Shown here: positions 8,116-16,071 of the stretch, in pieces
Layout of the letters: each line of letters opens with the position of its first letter
How positions within the stretch are numbered: position 1 is the first letter of the stretch
Assembly (NCBI GenBank): GCA_022820625.1
Contig: JAJEFE010000003.1
Coordinates: 809-64,808, forward strand
DNA from: Gammaproteobacteria bacterium
GTDB taxonomy: Bacteria > Pseudomonadota > Gammaproteobacteria > Steroidobacterales > Rariloculaceae
Length of the DNA: 64,000 bases
Direction: 5' to 3'
Position numbers and translations under genes: made by a program
The notes under the pieces: generated by a model
Databases searched by the model: none
The model's input: only the letters and a program-made list of their open reading frames with translations
What the model was told of the DNA's origin: nothing

Positions 8116-8877
8116 TCAGCGTTGCGGCAGAGCGAGCCTGCCGCCCACCGGACGGGACACGTCCCAGTTTCTCGCCCAATAGATGAACGGTGTGTCGAAA
8201 GCCGCTATAAACACCTTGAAGGCATATTTGGCCAATGCCAATCGCAGTGCCGTACCCAAATCGAATATTCCCCACCAGACGATAACGGCGTAAAGCACGG
8301 TGTCCAGCGCCTGCGACGTAATGGTCGACAGGTTATTTCGTAACCAGAGGTGCCTGCCGTTGGTCCACGCCTTCAGCTTGTGGAAAAACCAAACGTCGAA
8401 ACTCTGACTGATCAAATACGCCAATAGCGATCCGAATACGAATCGAGGTGTGAAATCAAGGATTCTGGAAAACGCCTGATGAATTTCCGCAGAAAATTGT
8501 GCTGACTCGGGGCGGGCCGATGGCAGGTAAAGCAAGCTCATGCTCATCATGACGACGATGATGACGCTGACGCCAAACCCCAGTAGTACTGCCTGGCTTG
8601 CGGCAGCTCGCCCATGTTTCTCGCCCAGCAGGTCTGTCGCGAAGAAAATGCTGGAATAGAAGATCACCCCGAGACTGGTTTCCATTCCCATGATTACAGT
8701 GAGCTTCGGCCCCTGAAGGTTGGCCAGCAGAATCGCCAATACGATCGCCGCCGTTAACCCAAGACGACCGAACAATCGATACATCAACAGCGTCATGGAA
8801 AGGTCGAGAGTGAGCGTGAACAGCCACAGGAAATTCTGGTTCGCGTAGAAGAATGCTTCGATTGAATTGGGGATCAT
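8116..8877 (-). CDS. yhhQ: queuosine-precursor transporter (YhhQ/DUF165, VUT family)
   Basis: 253-aa polytopic membrane ORF with the motifs FFATDLLGEKHG and LWLRNNLSTITSQALDTVLY. G+C is visibly lower than in the neighbouring genes. Confidence 0.75.
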   Translation of the reverse strand: MIPNSIEAFFYANQNFLWLFTLTLDLSMTLLMYRLFGRLGLTAAIVLAILLANLQGPKLTVIMGMETSLGVIFYSSIFFATDLLGEKHGRAAASQAVLLGFGVSVIIVVMMSMSLLYLPSARPESAQFSAEIHQAFSRILDFTPRFVFGSLLAYLISQSFDVWFFHKLKAWTNGRHLWLRNNLSTITSQALDTVLYAVIVWWGIFDLGTALRLALAKYAFKVFIAAFDTPFIYWARNWDVSRPVGGRLALPQR

Positions 8878-9056
8878 TGGTCCTGATCAGGGGACGGACT
8901 TGCCTGGAGAACAGCAAACCCTGGCAATGCAAACGATGCCATGAGCGCCGAATGATGCGGGGCTGAATGCGAGTTTCCTTCCATTGCGCCAACGGGTGGA
9001 CAATGAAACAAACCTACCGGATATCAACCCCTTGGGCCGGGCCAGGGGCGGCGAGT

Positions 9057-9344
9057 CTATTTGGACTTTTCGTTCTTCGTGATGCTGAAGCCCGACTGAC
9101 CCTTGCCTCTTGCACGGCGAATGGTATAGCCGTAGTTACCGAGGCGAAAAGATGAATCGCCTTCATAACCGGCCAACGCTGCCTTTATTTTTTCTGCAAT
9201 CGGGTCGGGCTTCGGCTTCATCGCCGCTTGTTGTGCGAGCCACTTGCTGAAGACTTCTTCGCCGAGTTCGTTGCCTACTGACTTTCTCAGCGCATTCAGT
9301 TTTCTCACCTGACCCTTGGTCAATTTCGACTCGTTGATTGCCAT
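9057..9344 (-). CDS. hypothetical small basic protein (95 aa), no family recognised
   Basis: ORF 9057..9344 has a very strong SD (minus strand aaaggaggaacgccagcATG). It is 51 % G+C by hand count, against about 65-70 % in surrounding genes. An AT-rich upstream region precedes it. Confidence 0.55.
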   Translation of the reverse strand: MAINESKLTKGQVRKLNALRKSVGNELGEEVFSKWLAQQAAMKPKPDPIAEKIKAALAGYEGDSSFRLGNYGYTIRRARGKGQSGFSITKNEKSK

Positions 9345-9739
9345 GCTGGCGTTCCTCCTTTACCTGTTCGGGAAGCGAATTCGTGACGCAACATGATACA
9401 TGAGATTCGCCAGGATTAGAAAATCACCATTTCTGGTCGTTTTGCAAATAAATACATATTGCTTTTTTTTACTTCAGGAAAAAACAACTTGTTCAATAGT
9501 TCAAAATTTTTGCAATTCATTGCAACCGTTTTCGTTCCAGGAGGCGGTCATTTGATTTGACAACAGGATTGAATAGCACACAGCAAACCATGAAACTGAC
9601 CAGTCCGGTTGAGTCGTCGATTACTTGTCCGCATGATGAAAAGCCTTGCGATGACAACACGTACAAAAGCACAAGGGAAACGGCGATAATCACGCGACCG
9701 GAAACGGCGCCAGGCAGGGAAAGCCGCGATTGACTCGAT

Positions 9740-10768
9740 ATGAAAACATCCAGAAATGCCTTGACGATAGCCGTTGCCCCAATGATGGAGCGTACCGACC
9801 GTCATTGCCGGTACCTGCTCAGACTGATCTCGCCGGAAACCCGCCTCTACACGGAGATGATCACTGCCGCCGCGCTGGTGCACGGGGGACGCCTGGACCT
9901 GCTTGAGTACCATCCCAGCGAGCATCCGGTCGCGTTGCAGCTCGGCGGCAACGACCCCTGCGATCTGGCGCGGGCAGCCGCCCTGGGCGCCGCCGCGGGC
10001 TACGACGAGATCAATCTCAACGTCGGGTGCCCCAGCAATCGGGTCCAGTCGGGGCGTTTCGGGGCCGCGCTCATGGCCGAGCCTCAACGGGTGGCGGCTT
10101 GCCTGCGCGCCATGATGGAAACCGCCGAAGTGCCGGTCACCGTAAAGACCCGAACCGGCATTGACGACCTGGACAGCTACGAATTCCTGCACGACTTCGT
10201 CGGCGCCGTTGTGGAGGCGGGGTGCGGCACGGTGATCATCCATGCCCGCAAGGCCATCCTCAGCGGCCTGTCGCCAAAGCAGAACCGCCAGGTGCCGCCG
10301 CTGGACTACCGCCGGGTCTACCGCCTCAAGTCGGACTATCCGGCATTGCGGGTCATTCTCAATGGCGGACTCGATTCGCAACGCAAGGTCCTGGACCAGT
10401 GCGGCCACGTGGACGGGGTCATGCTGGGGCGCTGTGCGTACGGCAATCCGTGGGTACTGGCCGAACTCGACAGCAGGCTCGGCCGCCACCGGGGTGTGCC
10501 CGGCCGGGTGGACGCCGTGCGAGGTTATCTGCAATACATGGGCGATGAATTGCAGCGTGGAACGTCGCTCAAGGCCATGACACGGCACCTTGTCGGCCTT
10601 TACTCGGGTCGACCGGGCGCCCGGGCATGGCGGCGCTTCCTGAGCGAGCTGCCGCCCGGCGAAGTCGGCCTCGCGTCATTGCGACGCCGCGCCGACCGGC
10701 TTCAGGACAAGGCGGCCAGGACCTTGCCGTGCTCGGCGCGAAGGCGCTGCGGCACCCGGTCGCCATAG
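9740..10768 (+). CDS. dusA: tRNA-dihydrouridine(20/20a) synthase
   Basis: 342-aa ORF with the motifs IAVAPMMERTDRHCRY, YDEINLNVGCPS and HARKAILSGLSPKQNR. The 3' end may be over-extended, since it overlaps pckG by 67 nt. Confidence 0.85.
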   Translation: MKTSRNALTIAVAPMMERTDRHCRYLLRLISPETRLYTEMITAAALVHGGRLDLLEYHPSEHPVALQLGGNDPCDLARAAALGAAAGYDEINLNVGCPSNRVQSGRFGAALMAEPQRVAACLRAMMETAEVPVTVKTRTGIDDLDSYEFLHDFVGAVVEAGCGTVIIHARKAILSGLSPKQNRQVPPLDYRRVYRLKSDYPALRVILNGGLDSQRKVLDQCGHVDGVMLGRCAYGNPWVLAELDSRLGRHRGVPGRVDAVRGYLQYMGDELQRGTSLKAMTRHLVGLYSGRPGARAWRRFLSELPPGEVGLASLRRRADRLQDKAARTLPCSARRRCGTRSP

Positions 10769-12444
10769 GTCTGGAAGTACTCGCCGATGCTCTCCATTTC
10801 TTCCTTCCAGGCCTCGGGATTCACGCTGAGCAGTTCCCGCATTGTTTCCGGAGCGATATCCAGGTCCGAAGTATCGATGGCGCCGGGCTCGGGCAGGTAG
10901 CCGATCGGCGATTCGAAGGCGTCCACCCGGCCTTCGCAACGGTCGATGATCCAGCGCAGAACCCGCAAATTCTCGCCGAAACCCGGCCAGAGGAATAGGC
11001 CGTCGGAATCCCGGCGGAACCAGTTCACATGAAAGATTCGCGGCAGCGCGCTCGAGCGATTCTCGAAGCTCAGCCAATGTCCCCAGTAGTCGGCAAAGTT
11101 ATAGCCGCAGAACGGCTTCATCGCCATGGGGTCGCGCCGTACCACGCCGACCTTGCCGGTGGCCGCGGCGGTGGTTTCCGATGCCGCGGTGGCGCCCACC
11201 AGGACGCCATGGGCCCAGTCCCTGGCTTCGTACACCAGCGGCGTCAGTTCGCGTCGGCGTCCCCCGAAGACCAGCGCGCTGATGGGCACGCCGCCGGGCG
11301 CCTCCGCCAGTTCGGAATAACTGGGATTGTTCCTGGCCGACACGGTGAACCTCGAGTTCGGATGCGCGGCCGGCCCGTTGGCGGGATCGTAGGGCCTGCC
11401 CCGCCAGTCCATGACCGGCTCGCCGGTGTCCTTGTCTTCCCACCAGGGGTCGTTCTCCGCCGTGACGGCCACGTTGGTGAAGATGGCGTCGCGGCGAATG
11501 CTTTCGTATGCATTGGGGTTGGTGTGCAGATTCGTGCCGGGCACGACTCCGAACAGGCCCGCCTCGGGGTTGATGGCCCGCAACCGCCCCTCGTCGTCCA
11601 GGTGCATCCAGGCGATGTCGTCGCCGAGCGTCCAGACTTTCCAGCCTCGGTGGCTCTCCGGCGGGATCAGCATGGCGAGGTTGGTCTTGCCGCACTGGGA
11701 TGGAAATGCGCAGGCCAGGTAATGGGTTTCGCCCGCGGGATTCTCAACGCCGACGATGAGCATGTGCTCCGCCAGCCAGCCTTCGGTGCGGGCCTGGTAA
11801 CTGGCGATCCTCAGAGCGTGGCATTTCTTGCCCAGCAGCGCGTTACCGCCGTAACCGGACCCGTAGCTCATGATTGTCAGGTCTTCCGGGAAATGCATGA
11901 TGAACCGCCGTTCCGGATCCAGTTCGCCAGTGGAGTGCAGCCCCTTGATGAACTGGCCCGTGCGTTCGATTTCGGCCATTGCAGCGTCGCCCATCCGTGT
12001 CATCAGGTACATGTTTGCGGCGACGTAGGTACTGTCGGTGATCTCGACCCCGTAGCGCGAGTAGGGCGATCCCAGCGGTCCCATGCAGTAAGGGATCACG
12101 TAGAGAGTGCGCCCCTTCATGCAGCCGCCGAACAATCCGTTCATCATGGCCCTGGCATCAGCCGGAGGCATCCAGTTGTTGTTGGGCCCGGCGTCCTCCT
12201 CGCGTTCCGAACACACGTACGTGAGGTGTTCCACGCGCGCGACGTCCCCGGGGTCCGAGCGATGCAGGTAGCAGTCCGGATAGGTGTCCTGGTTGAGTTC
12301 GAGGAGGTCGCCCCGGGAAAGCATTTCCCGCACGAAATCATCGTATTCCTCACGGGTGCCGGTGCACCAGTGAATGTGGCCGGGTTGCGTCAATCGGGCG
12401 ATCTCGCCGATCCAGTCGCTGAGGCTCTCGAGTCGAGTGGTCAT
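10702..12444 (-). CDS. pckG: phosphoenolpyruvate carboxykinase (GTP)
   Basis: 580-aa ORF with the motifs GYGGNALLGKKCHALRIAS, FPSQCGKTNLAM and NWFRRDSDG..LWPGFGEN. Confidence 0.88.
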   Translation of the reverse strand: MTTRLESLSDWIGEIARLTQPGHIHWCTGTREEYDDFVREMLSRGDLLELNQDTYPDCYLHRSDPGDVARVEHLTYVCSEREEDAGPNNNWMPPADARAMMNGLFGGCMKGRTLYVIPYCMGPLGSPYSRYGVEITDSTYVAANMYLMTRMGDAAMAEIERTGQFIKGLHSTGELDPERRFIMHFPEDLTIMSYGSGYGGNALLGKKCHALRIASYQARTEGWLAEHMLIVGVENPAGETHYLACAFPSQCGKTNLAMLIPPESHRGWKVWTLGDDIAWMHLDDEGRLRAINPEAGLFGVVPGTNLHTNPNAYESIRRDAIFTNVAVTAENDPWWEDKDTGEPVMDWRGRPYDPANGPAAHPNSRFTVSARNNPSYSELAEAPGGVPISALVFGGRRRELTPLVYEARDWAHGVLVGATAASETTAAATGKVGVVRRDPMAMKPFCGYNFADYWGHWLSFENRSSALPRIFHVNWFRRDSDGLFLWPGFGENLRVLRWIIDRCEGRVDAFESPIGYLPEPGAIDTSDLDIAPETMRELLSVNPEAWKEEMESIGEYFQTYGDRVPQRLRAEHGKVLAALS

Positions 12445-12690
12445 GGTGGTTTTAGCGCCTTCCGGAGTGAAGGGCGAAAGTATAATGAAATAGCAGCCGG
12501 ACTCTAGTGCTACGTAAACGGAAATAGTGCCGCATCAGCGCGCCCGGAGGAGCCCACGTGCATCGGTTGGATGGAGCACTGGCCGGCCGTCGGGATTTGC
12601 CGTGCATGTTGCGGGCGGATAGGCCATTGCGCGGCAAATTGACGAGAAATGCCTCCTTTCAAAGGTCAGTGATCACGCTATAGTGGTCCC

Positions 12691-14643
12691 ATGCTCGAAC
12701 TGGCCGAAGTATTTGACGCCCATGGTCTTTTGGCCCGGTACCTGCCGGACTACACCCGGCGCGTTGCGCAGGAGGACATGGCGCGGATGGTGGAGGAGGC
12801 GCTGTCGCAACGGCGGCATCTCGCCGTGGAGGCGGGAACCGGGATCGGCAAGACCTTCGGGTATCTCGTTCCGGCGCTCCTGAGCGGACGGCGCACGGCG
12901 ATTTCCACCGGCACGCTGACGCTGCAGGATCAGCTGTTCAAGCGCGATCTGCCGCTTCTGGGCGCTGCCGTCGGGCGCCCCGTGCGGGTGGCGCTGCTCA
13001 AGGGGCGAAGCAACTACCTGTGCCGGCACCGGCTGGAGACCGCGCGCCAGGGAGCGGTGCGCGAGCCGACCCTTCTGCACAGGCTCGAGGCGGTACACCG
13101 CTGGGCGCGCACCGCCGGAAGCGGTGACCTGACCGCGATGGACGATTTCACCGAGGACTATTCGTTGCGGGCCTGGATCACTTCTACCGCCGACAACTGC
13201 CTGGGCAGCCGATGTCCACAGCTCGACGACTGTTTTCTGGTGGAGGCGCGCCGCCGCGCAATGGCCGCCGACGTGGTCGTGGTCAACCATCACCTGTTGC
13301 TTGCCGACCTGACGCTGAAGGAGGCGGGATTCGGCCAGTTGCTTCCGGACCTTCAGGCCGTCATTGTCGACGAGGCCCACCAGTTGCCGGAGATCGCTCA
13401 ACAGTTCTTCGGCGTTTCCCTGGGCAGCCGGGAGCTGCGGAACCTGGCGCGGGACGTCGTGGCGGAGACGCGGGCAGCCGGTATTTCCGGTGAACTGGAG
13501 CCGTTGGCCGACGCCCTGGCGCGCGCCGCGGCCGACGCCCGCCTCGAATTCGGCGACCATCGCGGCCGCCTGCCGTGGAACGCCTGTCCGCCGGGCGTGA
13601 CCCGGTTGCTTGGTGACTGGGAAGGCGCTCTGGAACGGCTGGCGGCCGCCCTGGAGGGAGCCAGGGACATGAATCCGGGGCTTGAGCGGTGCTGGGAGCG
13701 CAGCCGCGACGGCATTGCCAGGTTGAAAGCCCTCGACGAAGACGAGTCCCGGGGGTTGCGCTGGGTCGAAGTCTCGGGCCGCAACTTTGCCGCCCATTGG
13801 ACGCCCCTGGATGTGGGCGCGGAGTTGGGTGAGCGCATTCGGGCCCACGATGGGACCTGGGTGTTCACCTCGGCCACCCTGGCGGTGGGCGACGACTTCA
13901 GCCACTTCCTGAGCCGGGCAGGCGTGCCGGATGCGGATTCGGCGGTATTGCCGAGCCCGTTCGACTATCGGGAGAACGCCCGGCTGTACCTGCCCCGGGG
14001 GCTGCCGCAACCTGCGGCCCCGGACCATGTCGAAAAAGTTCTTGCCTGCGTCTGGCCGCTGGTCGAGGCCTGCGGCGGCGGGGCTTTCCTGTTGTTTACC
14101 AGCTATCGGGCGCTCAACGCGGCCCGCGGGTGGATTGACGGCCGTGCGTTGCCCGGGCCGCTGCTGGTACAGGGCGAGGGGCCGCGCACCGAACTGCTGA
14201 CGCGGTTTCGCAGTACGACAAACGCCGTTTTGCTCGGCACCAGCAGTTTCTGGCAAGGTGTGGACGTTCGTGGCCCTGCACTGCGGTTGGTCGTCATCGA
14301 CAAGTTGCCCTTTGCCTCTCCCGGCGACCCCCTGATTCAGGCGCGGCTGCATGCCATTCGCCTCGACGGCGGCGATCCGTTCACGGAATTCCAGTTGCCT
14401 CAGGCCGTGCTTGCCCTGAAACAGGGCGTGGGACGCCTCATCCGGGATTTCTCCGACCGGGGCCTGGTCGTGATCTGCGACCCGCGATTGCGCACCCGGG
14501 GTTACGGACGGTTGATTCTCGAGAGCCTGCCGGCCATGCCCGTGCTGGAAGACCAGGAACAGGCATTGGACTTTATCGCTTCGTTGTCGTCGGGCGCCAA
14601 CCCAGGCGCCGGGCTTGAGCACCGTGAAGCTGCTGGCCTTTGA
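12691..14643 (+). CDS. ATP-dependent DNA helicase, DinG/YoaA (Rad3-like, Fe-S) family
   Basis: 650-aa ORF. It has Walker A VEAGTGIGKTFGYL, a DEAH box (VIVDEAHQL), and four Cys (C..C..C...C around NYLCRH and DNCLGSRCPQLDDC) consistent with an Fe-S cluster. Confidence 0.8.
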   Translation: MLELAEVFDAHGLLARYLPDYTRRVAQEDMARMVEEALSQRRHLAVEAGTGIGKTFGYLVPALLSGRRTAISTGTLTLQDQLFKRDLPLLGAAVGRPVRVALLKGRSNYLCRHRLETARQGAVREPTLLHRLEAVHRWARTAGSGDLTAMDDFTEDYSLRAWITSTADNCLGSRCPQLDDCFLVEARRRAMAADVVVVNHHLLLADLTLKEAGFGQLLPDLQAVIVDEAHQLPEIAQQFFGVSLGSRELRNLARDVVAETRAAGISGELEPLADALARAAADARLEFGDHRGRLPWNACPPGVTRLLGDWEGALERLAAALEGARDMNPGLERCWERSRDGIARLKALDEDESRGLRWVEVSGRNFAAHWTPLDVGAELGERIRAHDGTWVFTSATLAVGDDFSHFLSRAGVPDADSAVLPSPFDYRENARLYLPRGLPQPAAPDHVEKVLACVWPLVEACGGGAFLLFTSYRALNAARGWIDGRALPGPLLVQGEGPRTELLTRFRSTTNAVLLGTSSFWQGVDVRGPALRLVVIDKLPFASPGDPLIQARLHAIRLDGGDPFTEFQLPQAVLALKQGVGRLIRDFSDRGLVVICDPRLRTRGYGRLILESLPAMPVLEDQEQALDFIASLSSGANPGAGLEHREAAGL

Positions 14644-15316
14644 AACATCGAGCCGGACGGGCTCGGTGGCGCTGCACGTGGACGGCGCCGTCCGGCAGAA
14701 GATGATCGCCACCCCACGCGAGCAGACCGAACAGCTCCTTCCGCTGACATCCGGATTGCTGAACGGTGCGAATCTTGCATTTCGGGATCTTGACGCGATC
14801 GCCTTCGGCAGAGGTCCCGGATCGTTTACCGGGCTGCGTATCGCTGCCGCGGTTGCGCAGGGTCTGGGCATGGCGACGGGCCTGCCGTTGCTGCCTGTAT
14901 CCAGTCTCGCGGCCACGGCTCAGGGATTGTGGCGGACCCACGGTTCCTCCAGCATCCTGGTTTGCGTCGATGCACGCATGGGTGAGGTCTTTTGGGGGGG
15001 CTTCGAGGTGCGGAGCGGTCTTGCCCGCGTCGTGGGCGCCGAGCAAATCACCGGGCCCGGGGAGGTGACCTGCGCCGGCATGGCCTCCTGGAGCGCAGCC
15101 GGAAATGGATTTGACGTCCATGGCGACGCGCTTGCCGGGGTAGCAGCGCAAGCCAGTGGGGTCTTCGCGCAAGCCTGGCCGGAAGCGATCGATCTCTTCC
15201 CGTTGGCGCTGTCCGACCTGGCTGCCGGAAAGGGTCGCGCGCCGGAGGAGGCGAATCCGGCCTACCTCAGGTCGGAGTCTGCGTGGAAACCGGCGAAACA
15301 ATGCCCGCCCGATTAA
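14615..15316 (+). CDS. tsaB: tRNA t6A37 biosynthesis protein TsaB
   Basis: 233-aa ORF with the motifs KLLAFETSS and FGRGPGSFTGLRIAAAVAQGL. The true start may be the GTG at 14624. Confidence 0.8.
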   Translation: MSTVKLLAFETSSRTGSVALHVDGAVRQKMIATPREQTEQLLPLTSGLLNGANLAFRDLDAIAFGRGPGSFTGLRIAAAVAQGLGMATGLPLLPVSSLAATAQGLWRTHGSSSILVCVDARMGEVFWGGFEVRSGLARVVGAEQITGPGEVTCAGMASWSAAGNGFDVHGDALAGVAAQASGVFAQAWPEAIDLFPLALSDLAAGKGRAPEEANPAYLRSESAWKPAKQCPPD

Positions 15317-15381
15317 TCGAATTGTAATAATTGCGGCGTGTAATTGTGCCATTTAACAGGTCGCGTGTCGGAAAGCGTGCG

Positions 15382-16071
15382 ATGCAACAGAAAGTTCTTG
15401 TCGTGGAAGACGAGGCGGCAATCCGGGAAATGCTGGCGTTCAATCTCGGCCGGGCCGGGTACGAGGTGCTTTCGGCCGCAACGGGCATGGAAGCCCGTTC
15501 ATTCATGGTCGACAAGTACCCCGATGTGGTGTTGATGGACTGGATGTTGCCGGACGTGAGCGGCCTGGAACTCACCCGGCAACTCAAGCGCGATCCCGAG
15601 ACCCGGGAGATACCGATCATCATGTTGACGGCAAGGGTCCAGGAAGACGACCGCGTGGCCGGTCTCGAGGGCGGCGCCGACGACTACATCACCAAGCCGT
15701 TTTCGCCGCGCGAGTTGTTGGCCCGGATCAAGGCCGTGCTTCGACGGGGCGCCGCGTTTCAGGACGAGACCGTCACCGTGGGCAGGCTCAAGCTGAATAC
15801 GGCGAGCCACCGAGTCAGCGTCGACGGTTCGGAAATCGCTCTCGGACCCACTGAGTACCGGATATTGCATTTCTTCATGCACCACCCGGACCGCGTCTAT
15901 TCCCGCACTCAACTCCTCGACCGGATTTGGGGCGCCAATGTCTATGTCGAGGAGCGCACCGTCGACGTGCACATCCGGCGGTTGCGCAAGGCGCTCACCG
16001 ACTCCGGATACGATAAACTGGTACAGACCGTTCGCGGCGCAGGCTACCGGTTTTCTCCTCGCGAGGCTTGA
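15382..16071 (+). CDS. phoB: phosphate regulon response regulator PhoB
   Basis: I chose the internal ATG at 15382 of ORF 15331..16071. The N-terminus is MQQKVLVVEDEAAIREML, followed by a receiver domain and an OmpR-type winged helix (VDVHIRRLRKAL, RGAGYRF). phoR follows with an ATGA-type overlap. Confidence 0.88.
   Translation: MQQKVLVVEDEAAIREMLAFNLGRAGYEVLSAATGMEARSFMVDKYPDVVLMDWMLPDVSGLELTRQLKRDPETREIPIIMLTARVQEDDRVAGLEGGADDYITKPFSPRELLARIKAVLRRGAAFQDETVTVGRLKLNTASHRVSVDGSEIALGPTEYRILHFFMHHPDRVYSRTQLLDRIWGANVYVEERTVDVHIRRLRKALTDSGYDKLVQTVRGAGYRFSPREA

Noticed and set aside
8040-8130. Second att-like copy of the dusA 5' end that would delimit a dusA-integrated island
   Set aside because: By eye there is no repeat of the dusA 5' segment (…ccaatgatggagcgtaccgaccgtcattgccg…) at the far side of the low-GC islet. 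The island interpretation is therefore kept only as a hypothesis.
8878-9056. Possible preQ1 riboswitch in the yhhQ leader, since queuosine-precursor transporters are often preQ1-controlled.
   Set aside because: The minus-strand leader (…GCAUUGCCAGGGUUUGCUGUUCUCCAGGCAAGUCCGUCCCCUGAUCAGGACCAAUG) has a hairpin. It lacks the A-rich tail (AAAAAACUA) and loop signature of preQ1-I, and I could not fit class II or III either. A covariance-model scan would settle it.
9590-9733. 47-codon plus-strand ORF (MKLTSPVESSITCPHDEKPCDDNTYKST...) just upstream of dusA
   Set aside because: It has no Shine-Dalgarno, no recognisable family and a polar low-complexity sequence. It ends 6 nt before the dusA ATG, so it is probably part of the dusA 5' UTR. 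I cannot exclude a leader peptide.
12445-12690. SOS (LexA) box upstream of the DinG/YoaA-type helicase
   Set aside because: There is no CTGT-N8-ACAG or similar palindrome anywhere in the 246-bp spacer, and CTGT does not occur at all. Only a stray TATAAT is present at 12481-12486.
12673-14916. 747-aa minus-strand ORF antisense to the helicase and tsaB genes
   Set aside because: The translation is Arg/Pro/Gly/Ala-rich with no recognisable motifs. It lies exactly opposite a well-supported helicase, so it is a typical stop-poor antisense frame of high-GC DNA.
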